Shown piece by piece: positions 45,018 to 55,444 of a stretch of 64,000 nt of DNA (positions are counted from its first letter, which is position 1; each line of letters begins with the position of its first letter). A program made the position numbers and the translations under genes. Location: positions 64,001 through 128,000 of the forward strand of contig CBDFFH010000039.1 in NCBI GenBank assembly GCA_965246715.1, in the 5' to 3' direction. This DNA is from Chamaesiphon sp. Its GTDB lineage: Bacteria > Cyanobacteriota > Cyanobacteriia > Cyanobacteriales > Chamaesiphonaceae. The notes beneath the pieces are model-generated. The model was given only the letters and a program-made list of their open reading frames with translations, did not search any database and had not been told where the DNA came from.

Positions 45018-46742
45018 CTACTCTGCTACCATACTCATCAGCGCAATTAGCTCGGCGTTGTAATCGATCGCGTATTCATTGGTAGCGTAAGATTTTTCGT
45101 CATCTAGATAGCTGAGTATGCCGCGATGTTTGGGTGCAATTTCATCTTGAGCATCATGATTAGCACCACCCACTAGTAATCCAGGAATAGCGATTTTACG
45201 GGCGCGAGCAAAAATATGATTGACATGTCGAACTGGATGCGTACCGATGCCAGTGACAAATGTTTGGTTAAATGGGTTGCGCCCGAGTAGATAATCGATT
45301 TGATCGATCGCGGCTTGGCGGTAGGCAGGCCCATCGGTCATTCGATAAGCTAATATTAGCGTCAGCCCCTCTGTAGCTATCATCTTGTTCGATCCCCAGA
45401 TAAACCGCTGATTTGCCAAATGATAGCCACTAGTTGAGACTTTTTTAACGAGTGCATCCGCTCGGTTGAGGATTTGTTGGGCGATCTGTGCTGTAATCCG
45501 CTCGGAGCCAGGAGTATAGATCTCACTTAGATAGTTCGCGATTCCCAGAGCTGAAGGATCTTTCCACTCAAATAGGGTGTAGTCAAACTTAGGTAATTGT
45601 TGAAGGAAGTATCGATCGAATTGGCTCTCTTTAGTAGTAATAAATAGCTCTGCTGCTGCCCACAGGCGATCGTCTGTATCGATTTTCAGACTGGGTTCGA
45701 TATCGATGGGGGATGCTAGATATTTCCCCGAACCGCTATCGTCACCATCTACCCAATCAACTTTCATCTTTGGTTGGGTTTGAAGGTATTCCCACGCCTG
45801 TCTAGATGCTTTGAGATAGATAGCCGATTGTTGAGGCTGTATGGGAGCGTATACTCGTGCGGCGATCGCCATTGCTGCGGCAAATTTCGCTGTTTCAGGA
45901 GTAGAAATACCATAGATAAAGCGGGTTTGAGTATCTTCATCCGGCGCAACGATCTGCGGCCATTTTTTACCAGATAGTTTACGATAAATCGCCCCATCCG
46001 ATCGCTGCATGGAGAGCATCCAATCCAATCCCACCCGCATTTCATCGAGTAAGTCGGGGATACCGTTACCGCTTTCGGGGATGGTTAATTGGCGATCGGG
46101 AAATGCTTTGGGGTTATGCTCGTATAGACTCAATAGTCGCCCAGTGGTAACGGCTGTGGTGCTGACATATTTGCCATAATCCCCTGCATCGTGCCAGCCG
46201 CCTGTGGCTGGAATTGTTTTACCAGCTCGACTTGTGGGATCTTGGTGGGCGATCGCACCATCCCGCAGATGACAAGGTGCGTGGCGAATTTCGGTAACGC
46301 GATCGTCGATCGCGACTCCACAGCGTTGGAGGTAATAGGAGCGGAGGAGTTTAATTATTGGTTCTTGATAGACATTGGATGCGATCGCAAATGGATAAGA
46401 CTCGATCGATCCCACTCTGAGGAAGTAATTCCCAGGTCGATCGATCTGGCTAAAGTCAATAGTTTGCAATCGATCGTTACTATCTCGATCGCGCACTGAC
46501 TGACTGGGGATAATGACTTGTACCGTCTGTTTGGTGCTGCTATTTACCAACTCAATTTGTTGCTGTGCTGTGTTGCTATTGACTAACAGGGCAACTTTCG
46601 GGCTAGTGGGTAAATAACCAACCTGATTGACTACGATTTTGGCTGATGAGGTGGCATGTAATTGAATCCAATTTCCGCTAATAATGATGAGGAAAAAGGC
46701 ACTGACGAGGATAATGAATAGACGATGTGCTCTATATATCAC
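45018..46742 (-). CDS. glycoside hydrolase family 9 with N-terminal Ig-like domain, secreted
   Basis: Signal peptide, VNQVGY, GGWHDAGDYGKY, DY.LGRN, TNEYAIDYNA. Confidence 0.9.
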   Translation of the reverse strand: MIYRAHRLFIILVSAFFLIIISGNWIQLHATSSAKIVVNQVGYLPTSPKVALLVNSNTAQQQIELVNSSTKQTVQVIIPSQSVRDRDSNDRLQTIDFSQIDRPGNYFLRVGSIESYPFAIASNVYQEPIIKLLRSYYLQRCGVAIDDRVTEIRHAPCHLRDGAIAHQDPTSRAGKTIPATGGWHDAGDYGKYVSTTAVTTGRLLSLYEHNPKAFPDRQLTIPESGNGIPDLLDEMRVGLDWMLSMQRSDGAIYRKLSGKKWPQIVAPDEDTQTRFIYGISTPETAKFAAAMAIAARVYAPIQPQQSAIYLKASRQAWEYLQTQPKMKVDWVDGDDSGSGKYLASPIDIEPSLKIDTDDRLWAAAELFITTKESQFDRYFLQQLPKFDYTLFEWKDPSALGIANYLSEIYTPGSERITAQIAQQILNRADALVKKVSTSGYHLANQRFIWGSNKMIATEGLTLILAYRMTDGPAYRQAAIDQIDYLLGRNPFNQTFVTGIGTHPVRHVNHIFARARKIAIPGLLVGGANHDAQDEIAPKHRGILSYLDDEKSYATNEYAIDYNAELIALMSMVAE

Positions 46743-47080
46743 GATCGGGCGGTCTCAAAGTAGGGTCGATCGCCTAAATTACCGCTTTAATTTTGGTAGT
46801 AGGGATGTAATAATAGTATGCCCACCGAAGTCTCGATCGAAGGCACTATTTGAGGATGTCTTGACTGAATCATCTCTAAATAACTAGCAACCGAGAGCAC
46901 CGATCGCCATTTAATAAGATTAATAATCGAGATTATTGGTACTAAATAGCTACCGAGCAATCTCTATTAAAATTTAGTATTTTCAATTACTTAAATAATG
47001 AAATTTTGTCGATCGTCTATATAGGAAACATTACCGAAAACTTACGATTAAATTCATGCTTTGTTACCAATTTTTAAAAA

Positions 47081-47284
47081 TTGCCAAAGGCCTTTAAATT
47101 CAAAGGAAATAAATCAGACTTAGAACAGATGATCGGCAATGCCGTTCCTGTTAAGCTTGCAGAGTACGTCGCTCGTTGTATTCTTGAATATACCGTAGAT
47201 AGCTCTGTAAATATGGTAAGTCCTCTCTCAAATATTCAGTTAAAACTATTTGAGAATATAGCTATATGTAGCAATTCTAAATGA
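47081..47284 (+). pseudogene. C5-cytosine DNA methyltransferase C-terminal fragment
   Basis: P..F.F.G....LEQMIGNAVPV.LA (motif X region) without upstream motifs. Confidence 0.65.
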
Positions 47285-47339
47285 TTGATGAGATTTATTC
47301 AATCGAGCTATTGCCTTCGGTACGTTACAATCGCCATAC

Positions 47340-47822
47340 TCATAAGTATGGCGTACCGTCTTTGTGCGTAAATTGCCACTTACCCGCTACTAGTGTTGCT
47401 TGAAGGTCGTCATCTGGATAAGTCCCTTTATCTCTTGGTGTTCTGTCCCCAATTTCGAGATATACAACCTCTTCTTCCGTCTCATTAATCAGGTTGTGAG
47501 CGTTGCCAGTACCCGATTTAAAGCCCGCACACATACCTGGAGCTAGTTGAGTGCGACCTGCATCGGTTTGTAATATGGGGTACCCTTCCAAGACATAGAT
47601 AAACTCATCTTGTTTAGAATGAGCGTGGCGCAGTGCAGAGACTGCCTTCGGCGCTAGACGGGTGAGATTGACTCCAAAGTTTGTCAATCCAAATAAGTCG
47701 CCGAGTGGGTGCTTTACCCGCCCTGACATCCGCGATGCAAATGGCTCGGGATAGTTTGAGGGCTTAATGCGTGGGGGTGCGTCTTTGGCATCGATCGCGA
47801 TTGGATTGAGTTCTTCCAGCAT
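47340..47822 (-). CDS. cupin-domain protein
   Basis: YPEPF, LGD.FGLTNFGVN, HAHSKQDEF.YVL, AHNL.N, YPDDDL; start moved to internal ATG. Confidence 0.85.
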   Translation of the reverse strand: MLEELNPIAIDAKDAPPRIKPSNYPEPFASRMSGRVKHPLGDLFGLTNFGVNLTRLAPKAVSALRHAHSKQDEFIYVLEGYPILQTDAGRTQLAPGMCAGFKSGTGNAHNLINETEEEVVYLEIGDRTPRDKGTYPDDDLQATLVAGKWQFTHKDGTPYL

Positions 47823-48073
47823 AAAAATAGCGATTAGACTAGGATTATTTGGTGTTGCTGATATTAGGGATGATTTACTGTTTTTGTAATTAACCGAACA
47901 TCTCCCACTCTCCCCTTCCTCTTTTTCATCCCCCAATTTAACAACGCCGATTATTTCATGTTCCGCACGACTCGCCGACTCAGATAGAAATGCCCAGTGG
48001 GGTAGGCGCATGAGGCTTACCCCTAAACATTATCCCCAGCAGCAATGCCCCAAATTGAAGCTTAAACTATCGA

Positions 48074-50692
48074 CTATTGCATCGTGACTGTTGATGGCAG
48101 ACGATTGAATGCCAATCGTTCGTTTTGCACCTCGACAAACACCGTATCGCCTTCTTTGAAGTCGCCCCGCAAAATGCCTTTGGCGAGAATTGTTTCCAAC
48201 TCTTTTTGGATCGTCCGTTTGAGTGGACGGGCACCGTAGACGGGATCGTAACCGACATTTGCCAGGAAATCGAGCGCAGATTCGGCCAATTTGAGTGACA
48301 ACTTGCGATCGACCAACCGTTTTTCGAGCCGAGCGACTTGGATTTTGACGATATCTCGCAATTGGTCTTTTTTGAGACTGTGGAAGATGATCGTATCATC
48401 GATCCGATTAAGAAATTCAGGCCGGAAACTATGGCTGAGCGCATCTAATACCCGAGTTTTCATCTCGATATATTTGGAGTCATCACCAGCTAGATCCAGA
48501 ATATATTGCGACCCAATATTACTGGTCATAATAATTACGGTATTCTTGAAATCTACCGTCCGACCTTGAGAATCTGTCACGCGTCCGTCGTCGAGGACTT
48601 GCAGCAAGACATTAAACACATCGGGATGTGCTTTCTCGATTTCATCAAATAAGATCGTCGCATAGGGACGACGGCGAATGCTTTCGGTAAGTTGTCCGCC
48701 TTCTTCATAACCGACATAACCTGGAGGTGCACCAATCAAGCGAGAGACAGCATGTTTTTCCATGTATTCGGACATATCGATCCGAATCAGTGCATCCTCA
48801 GCATCAAAGAGATAATTAGCTAGCGTTTTTGCTAATTCAGTTTTCCCCACCCCAGTCGGGCCGAGGAAGATGAAACTCGCAATCGGACGGTTGGGATCGG
48901 ACAACCCCGCGCGCGAACGTTGAATCGCCTCGGCGACGGCGGTGACGGCTTCTTCTTGCCCGATTACCCGCTTGTGCAGTTCGTCTTCGAGGTAGAGGAG
49001 TTTTTCCCGCTCGGTGGCGACTAATTTTGTCAGAGGGATACCCGTCCACTTAGAGATAATTTCGGCGATGTCAGCTTCGGTCACTTCTTCGCGCAGCAGG
49101 GATTTACCCGTGGTTTGGGATTGGGCGAGTTTGACTTCGGCGGTTTCGAGTTTGCGGTGAAGTTCGATCGATTTGCCGTATTTGAGTTCGGCTGCGCGAT
49201 TGAGGTCGTAGTCGCGTTCGGCTTGTTGGATTTCGATATTGACTTTATCGATTTCTTCTTTAATGGTTTGGATATCGGTGATGATATCTTTTTCCGATTG
49301 CCATTGGGCGGTAAGCGCGCGTTGGTCTTCTTTGAGATCTCCCAGTTCTTTTTCGATTTTCTGGAGCCGTTCGCGGGCGGCGGTAGAGGTGTCTTTATTG
49401 ACCGATAACCGTTCCATTTCTAATTGGAGGACTTTCCGATCGATCTCATCCAATTCTTCGGGTTTGGAAGTGATTTCCATCTTCAGTCGGGCGGCAGCTT
49501 CATCCATTAAATCAATCGCTTTATCCGGCAAGAATCGATCGCTGATATACCGTGTAGATAGGGTTGCTGCTGCCACTAACGCGTTATCGGAGATCTTCAC
49601 ACCGTGGTGGACTTCATACCGCTCTTTTAAACCGCGCAAGATTGAAATCGTATCTTCGACACTCGGTTGATCGACATATACTTGTTGAAACCGTCGTTCT
49701 AGAGCAGCATCTTTTTCGATATACTTGCGATATTCATCGAGCGTGGTCGCACCGATACAGCGCAGCTCGCCCCGTGCCATCATCGGCTTGAGCAAGTTTC
49801 CGGCATCCATTGCCCCCTGAGTCGCACCAGCACCAACGACTGTGTGAATTTCGTCGATAAATAAGATGATTTGTCCTTGAGATTCGGTAACTTCTTTGAG
49901 GACGGCTTTGAGTCTTTCTTCAAATTCGCCGCGATATTTTGCGCCAGCAATTAGGGCACCCATATCGAGCGAAATTAACTGCCGATCCTTGAGCGATTGT
50001 GGTACGTCGCCACTAATGATTCGCTGGGCTAATCCTTCGGCGATCGCAGTTTTACCGACACCAGGTTCGCCGATGAGAACGGGATTATTTTTAGTCCGGC
50101 GCGATAAGATTTGGATCGTCCGCCGAATCTCATCATCGCGACCGATGACTGGATCGAGTTTACCCCGACGCGCAAATTCTGTGAGATCGCGTCCATATTT
50201 GGAGAGCGATTCATACTTACCTTCAGGGTTTTGATCGCTCACTTTTTGACTACCACGAATTTGGGTTACGATCGTTTTTAATTTACTTTCTTCTAACTTG
50301 AACTCTGCAAAAAACTGCTTGCCGAAATGGTCGTCTTGGGGGTAAGCTAGAACGAGATGTTCGATCGAAATAAAATCATCACCATAATCTTTGCGAAATT
50401 TATCTGCTCGATCGAGTAATGTATCGATACTGCGTCCTAAATACACGGAGCTAATCGGCCCCGAAATCTTGGGTTGTTTATCGATATAATTGTCCAACCC
50501 TTGTCTGAATTGAGCTAGATTTACCCCAGCCTTACTGAGGATACTCGTTGCTAAGCCATCTTGCTCGACCAGTGCTTTGAGCAAATGCTCTGACTCCATC
50601 TGCTGGTGCTGTGAAGCTTTGGCAATATCTAAGGTTTGGGTAACGGCTTGCCAAGCTTTTTCGGTAAATTGCTGGGGATTGTTTGGTTGCAT
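48074..50692 (-). CDS. clpB: ATP-dependent chaperone ClpB
   Basis: 872 aa, GEPGVGKT and GPTGVGKT, middle coiled-coil domain, GAPPGYVGY. Confidence 0.97.
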   Translation of the reverse strand: MQPNNPQQFTEKAWQAVTQTLDIAKASQHQQMESEHLLKALVEQDGLATSILSKAGVNLAQFRQGLDNYIDKQPKISGPISSVYLGRSIDTLLDRADKFRKDYGDDFISIEHLVLAYPQDDHFGKQFFAEFKLEESKLKTIVTQIRGSQKVSDQNPEGKYESLSKYGRDLTEFARRGKLDPVIGRDDEIRRTIQILSRRTKNNPVLIGEPGVGKTAIAEGLAQRIISGDVPQSLKDRQLISLDMGALIAGAKYRGEFEERLKAVLKEVTESQGQIILFIDEIHTVVGAGATQGAMDAGNLLKPMMARGELRCIGATTLDEYRKYIEKDAALERRFQQVYVDQPSVEDTISILRGLKERYEVHHGVKISDNALVAAATLSTRYISDRFLPDKAIDLMDEAAARLKMEITSKPEELDEIDRKVLQLEMERLSVNKDTSTAARERLQKIEKELGDLKEDQRALTAQWQSEKDIITDIQTIKEEIDKVNIEIQQAERDYDLNRAAELKYGKSIELHRKLETAEVKLAQSQTTGKSLLREEVTEADIAEIISKWTGIPLTKLVATEREKLLYLEDELHKRVIGQEEAVTAVAEAIQRSRAGLSDPNRPIASFIFLGPTGVGKTELAKTLANYLFDAEDALIRIDMSEYMEKHAVSRLIGAPPGYVGYEEGGQLTESIRRRPYATILFDEIEKAHPDVFNVLLQVLDDGRVTDSQGRTVDFKNTVIIMTSNIGSQYILDLAGDDSKYIEMKTRVLDALSHSFRPEFLNRIDDTIIFHSLKKDQLRDIVKIQVARLEKRLVDRKLSLKLAESALDFLANVGYDPVYGARPLKRTIQKELETILAKGILRGDFKEGDTVFVEVQNERLAFNRLPSTVTMQ

Positions 50693-50884
50693 AATGCGAC
50701 TAGGAATAAGCTTTTTATATAAGTAGCGCTAGTGACAATCTCCGATCGCTGCTGGGTGGGGAATCCATCGATCGCGCTACATTTTTATTGTAATCAGTTT
50801 GGGTAGCTCCCTTGGATCGGTATTTACGACACATTAGCTAAAAGTGCCCAACGACGAGAACCTTTGCAAGATTTAGAGAGCATA

Positions 50885-51711
50885 GGCGTTGCTGGATTAA
50901 GATATGATTTGGCGATCGAGAGGTAATCTGTGCCGTCGATCGCCAGAACTAACTGAATTAGGAGTTGGTACTTCACCAAATTTAAGATAATGAATTAACA
51001 ATCTAATAGAATGCTTTAGCATTTGTTCGCACTTAGAATAACATAATGTTTTTCTTTTTAATCGAGCTAAGTAATGTCTGAGCCTAGTGTTTTCACCCTC
51101 AACTCTTGTCATATAAGTTTTACTCACGATTTGGTCACCATCTGGAATAAATATTGGATAGACCCTCCACCCATCCGTCACATAAAAATAACATTTCCAT
51201 GTACTTACCAAATTCTCCCATAGCGGTCTAAATGTCTTAGCACTGTGGTCGCCTAATACCCATCCTAAAATACCCATCTGAAAGTGATTTACTGCCGTCC
51301 AGAGCCAGATCTTGTTTTTTTTGAGCCAACAAACGTCTCTAACTCATCCAACTCACCAACTTCTGGTATTTGGTCTGAATTATAGTAATCTGGGAGATTT
51401 CCCCCTACTTGCTTCACCCAGTCCATGACAGTTGTATTATGCACACCCATTACTCTTTCTATTGCTCGAAATCCCATCCCATTAACATACATTGACAAAC
51501 ATTTCTGCTTGATTTGTGGTGAATATCCTCTGTGTGCTTCATAACAATCTATAAATTGCCGTCCGCAGTCTTTACAAATATGGTTCTGCTTTCCCTTTAT
51601 TCGCCCATTTTTATTGATATTGGACGATCTACATTCAGGACATTCCATTTAGATATTTGCTCTTGTTACTTCTCTCGATCGCCTTAGATCATATCCTAAT
51701 CCAGCAACGCC
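50885..51711 (-). mobile_element. IS1-family element (827 bp)
   Basis: 24-bp TIRs GGCGTTGCTGGATTA(A/G)GATATGAT; TSD AGAGAGCATA (50875-50884, 51712-51721). Confidence 0.92.
50897..51648 (-). CDS. IS1 transposase InsA-InsB via probable -1 frameshift
   Basis: InsA CPEC..CKDC zinc ribbon plus HTH (51289-51648); A8 run (T-run 51315-51322); -1 frame KNKIWLWTAV...YVTDGW..RVEGENTRLRHYLARL. Confidence 0.88.
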
Positions 51712-52139
51712 AGAGAGCATAAAATCCAGATACGAGCTAGATTTTGCACGACCGCTTAGTGGCGCGCAAGCTTCGAATGCGACCTGAACTGGTCATTTAG
51801 TCCGTGGAGCCTTTTCCACTAGAGAATTCACACCCTCTACCCCTGTGTAAAAGACTTAATTGAAGTCCGGTCACGGTCGAGTAAGTAATGAAACAACCAG
51901 AGTGCAGACCACAAAAGTAATCGATACGGCTAGCCTAAAGCGGTATCGAAGCTAAGGGGAGTTTTCTCATAATGAATTAACGTGAACTGTCGTTAAACTA
52001 CGCGACACCTACCCGACAATAACCTGTCGCGTCACGTCTAACCACCTTTAACAAATCTATACATAGAGAAGTGCGAGTCAGAAAGGCAGTTTAACGCTGT
52101 CCGAGTATCTGTAAACTAGGAGCGTAGTGAAGGGAAACT

Positions 52140-54567
52140 GTGCGCCGTGGTACGCACTGATTGAATTGCCAACTCAGTTGGCTGGAGTTCAGGGTAACTG
52201 ACTCCAAGGCGAACAACTTACCTAAACCCGAAAGGGCAAGGGGACAAGAGCATGTTCGTAAAGCGGAGAATAACAGAAAACGTGTATGTTATGGCTCTGC
52301 AACGCCTGAACGATATGGTTAAAGCTAAACTGCCTGAACCCCAATATCCAGAGGTGGAACTGCACATCCTTCGGTATCACGTTTGTACACCGATGTCACT
52401 GGTAGCCATTAATTCAACTTTCGTTAATGGTACACCCTGACCAGTGAGCAATAAGTAATGAACTTATTCAAGGATATGAGTAGGAACCTAAGTCGTTCTT
52501 TATACGTTCATCAGTGACGGAACATGGGATTGCCTAAGGGACGCGAGTCCTATGGTGACGGAGTTCTAATAGTAGTCGTGGGAGTAACGCCCCACCAGGG
52601 CAAACGGGAGAGCCGTTTACATGGCGAAGTAGAACAGGTAATAAAGATGAAACAGAAATCGAGAGGTACGCGAGATGCGAACAGCCGAAACGATACTGAA
52701 CATCATACGTGAACGCGGACAACGTGGGTTGCCAGTAGAAGATTTGTATCGACTGCTATATCACCCAGATTTGTACTTACGCGCCTACGCCAAGCTGAAC
52801 AGCAACACAGGTGCAATGACACCCGGTGCTACAAAGGAAACGGTAGATGGAATGTCCCTGGAGAAAATTAATACCATCATTGAGGCTCTGAGATCTGAGC
52901 GTTATAGATGGACACCAGCGCGACGTACCTATATCCCGAAGAAAAACGGTAAATTACGACCCCTTGGTATGCCCTCTTGGTCTGATAAATTACTTCAAGA
53001 AGTAATTCGTTCGATACTAGAAGCTTACTATGAACCGCAATTTAGCGAACATTCTCACGGTTTCCGACCAAAGCGTGGATGTCACACAGCCTTGAAAGAA
53101 ATTACCCAAAAAGGTCGAGCTACAAAGTGGTTTATCGAAGGAGATATTAGTGCGTGTTTTGACAGAATAGACCATACTATTCTGGTGGAAATACTACAAG
53201 ATAAAATCCACGACAATCGCTTTATCCGACTAATTAAGGGTTTGCTTGATGCAGGCTACTTGGAAAACTGGAAATACAACTCCACATATAGCGGAGTTCC
53301 GCAGGGTGCAGTGGTAAGCCCAATACTTTCCAATTTGGTACTAGACAAACTGGACAAATACGTCGAATGCGAACTAATACCAGCATACACACGAGGTCTT
53401 AGAAGGATTGTTTACCCTCCGTACAGAGACTTAACTAAGGCTGCATCAATTGCCCGAAAAGCTGGAAAACTGGAAGCAGCACGGAAGCTGAACCAACAGG
53501 CACAGTCAATTCCGTCCCGTGACCCCAATGACCCAAACTTTCGTCGCCTTTGGTACACAAGGTATGCCGATGATTTCTTGTTAGGAGTAGTTGGTTCAAA
53601 ATCTGAAGCTGTGGAAATCAAACAGAAAATCGCCACGTTTTTACGTGATGAGTTAAAACTGGAACTCAGTGATGAAAAGACCCTCATCAGCCATGCAAGG
53701 GATGAGGCTGCTAAATTCCTGGGGTACGAAATTCACATCCTACATGCCGATGATAAACATGACCATCGTGGTCAAAGATGTATCAACGGTAGCGTGGGGC
53801 TAAGGGTGCCCAAAAGCGTTATTAAAGACCATTGTCTTAAATACATGCGCTCTGGAAAACCAATACACCTGACACAAAGGGTCAACGATGATGCCTACAG
53901 CATAGTTAGCCAATATCAAGCGGAGTATCGAGGAGTAGTCCAATACTACCGTATGGCTTATAACCTCCACACGCTATCCTTACTTAAACGAGTTACAGAG
54001 CTTTCCCTCGTAAAAACTTTGGCAAAGAAGTTTAAAACCACTTGCCAGAAAATTTACAAGCGATATCGTGCAACCATTGATACAAAGGATGGCACTTATC
54101 GGGTGCTACAAGTAACAGTGGAACGTGATGGAAAATTACCTCTGAAAACTTATTTTGGTGGAGTTTCTTTGCAGTGGAACAAGTGGGTCGAAATTGATGA
54201 TAATCAGGCAAATCATATCTGGAACGGACGTAGTGAAGTCGTTCAACGCCTTTTAGCCCAAGAATGTGAAATTTGTGGAGCAACGGACAATATTGAAGTC
54301 CATCATATTCGCAAATTAGCAGATATTAAGCAACAAGGATGCAAAGAACGTCCAGAATGGATGAAGAAAATGTCGGCACGTAGACGTAAAACTTTAGTAG
54401 TTTGCCGTCAATGCCACGAGAAAATTCAATATGGTCGCTACGATGGTGAAGCCTTCAAACGTAAAAATTACCGGAAAGCTACGTGATACGGAAACGGTCA
54501 TGCGTAGTTTGGAGGGGGGTGGTTGGAAAAGTACCAGTAATGGTAACTCGCTGGCTACCTACCCTAC
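52140..54567 (+). mobile_element. complete group II intron (IIA / ML-like)
   Basis: 5' GTGCG; EBS2 CCTTCG (52368-52373) and EBS1 ACTTTC (52417-52422) pair with the 5' flank; DV at ~54476-54510; DVI ending CCCTAC. Confidence 0.9.
52675..54486 (+). CDS. ltrA: group II intron reverse transcriptase/maturase with HNH endonuclease
   Basis: RPLGMP, SHGFRP, GDIS.CFD, GVPQG..SP.LSN, RYADDF, FLGY, CEIC..EVHH..C..CH. Confidence 0.95.
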   Translation: MRTAETILNIIRERGQRGLPVEDLYRLLYHPDLYLRAYAKLNSNTGAMTPGATKETVDGMSLEKINTIIEALRSERYRWTPARRTYIPKKNGKLRPLGMPSWSDKLLQEVIRSILEAYYEPQFSEHSHGFRPKRGCHTALKEITQKGRATKWFIEGDISACFDRIDHTILVEILQDKIHDNRFIRLIKGLLDAGYLENWKYNSTYSGVPQGAVVSPILSNLVLDKLDKYVECELIPAYTRGLRRIVYPPYRDLTKAASIARKAGKLEAARKLNQQAQSIPSRDPNDPNFRRLWYTRYADDFLLGVVGSKSEAVEIKQKIATFLRDELKLELSDEKTLISHARDEAAKFLGYEIHILHADDKHDHRGQRCINGSVGLRVPKSVIKDHCLKYMRSGKPIHLTQRVNDDAYSIVSQYQAEYRGVVQYYRMAYNLHTLSLLKRVTELSLVKTLAKKFKTTCQKIYKRYRATIDTKDGTYRVLQVTVERDGKLPLKTYFGGVSLQWNKWVEIDDNQANHIWNGRSEVVQRLLAQECEICGATDNIEVHHIRKLADIKQQGCKERPEWMKKMSARRRKTLVVCRQCHEKIQYGRYDGEAFKRKNYRKAT

Positions 54568-54581
54568 TTCACGCTACGTTT

Positions 54582-55240
54582 GTGCGGTTCGTTGATTGAA
54601 ACCAAGTCTGATAGGACTTAGGAGGAAAATCGTCTCTACACCGCCTTGAGTGAAAACTCAGAAATATAGTAGAGATAACTTCAGTTTAGTGTGAGTGCGT
54701 CGAACCCAAATTTGACAAGTCTCACCCGCTAGGAATGGCGTGATGCTAAAACTGCCCACATGGATGGAGAATAAACTCTAAAAGTGAAGCTGGGAGCAGA
54801 ACGAGGATAACAAACCTGAGATGGGGGCAACTCGGATAGGTAAGTAGTCATGGTTAAACACTAGTTGAACTCTCGGAAAAAGCGTCTGAGCGTGACCGAC
54901 CGAACTCAAGGTCGGACAACGACACAAGATAACACTTAAAAAGTGTGAAAAGACCCGCATTATGTTGAACGCCATAAATGCAATTCTGGGGAATCGTGGG
55001 CGAAATGAGAGAACCTAAAACTACAAAATAACTGAACTGAGGAACGAATAAAACGACTCTTTTAACCTTCAGCTAGAGGAATTAATTCTGGAGCGGTGGA
55101 CTCCTTAAATAAGGGTTAGCAGGTAGAGTTGGTAAGATGTACTCGAAAATTCAACAAATAAGGACTGTTGGACAACTGGGTACGGTTTACACAGAAAATG
55201 TTCAAATGCGTAGAGAATGTTATGACAACGGAGTTAAATC
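54582..55240 (+). mobile_element. truncated group IIB (CL-like) intron: 5' domains and first ORF codons only
   Basis: 5' GTGCGGTTCGTT pairing with AACGAAT (~55043-55049); EBS2 AGCGTGA (54889-54895) and EBS1 GAACG (54967-54971) match the preceding 14 nt; breaks off after ATGACAACGGAG; no DV/DVI. Confidence 0.75.
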
Positions 55241-55431
55241 TAGTTGATAAATGGCTGTTTTGTTTGTACTAATAGTTCGATAAATTCCGCGATCGAGAGC
55301 TGCGTTAAATCTCGCTCTGTTAACTTATGATTTAAATATTTACCAGCGATCGCACCAGATTTAAGTCGATCGAGATAATCGCTCGATCGTTGATAGGTTA
55401 TTGGATGAATTAATACTCGATAATCTTGCAT
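55240..55431 (-). pseudogene. 3'-truncated hypothetical gene
   Basis: 63-aa ORF with GGAG RBS just after the dehydrogenase gene, stopping at the junction with the intron fragment. Confidence 0.45.
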
Positions 55432-55444
55432 GTGGGAGTTAATT

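Larger units (their letters stand above)
52120..54581 (+). ncRNA. split domain V of a relic host group II intron (halves at 52120-52139 and 54568-54581)
   Basis: Joined halves give the 34-nt GAGCGTAGTGAAGGGAAACT|TTCACGCTACGTTT with AGC triad, GAAA tetraloop and AC bulge. Confidence 0.85.

Noticed and set aside
51820..51831. TAGAGAATTCAC as a duplicated target site
   Set aside because: The match depended on the rejected 52071 boundary; probably chance.
52071..52139. GTGCGAGTCAG at 52071 as the 5' end of the RT-encoding intron
   Set aside because: EBS1 does not pair well with AGAGAA. The GTGCG at 52140 gives EBS1, EBS2 and delta pairing and restores a perfect DV on removal.
52252..52722. Short ORFs here and at 54778-54975
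   Set aside because: They lie within structured intron RNA domains and have no protein motifs.
52675..54486. RT as a retron, DGR or CRISPR-associated RT
   Set aside because: It has maturase and HNH domains and full intron RNA boundaries; no template/variable repeat pair or cas1 nearby.
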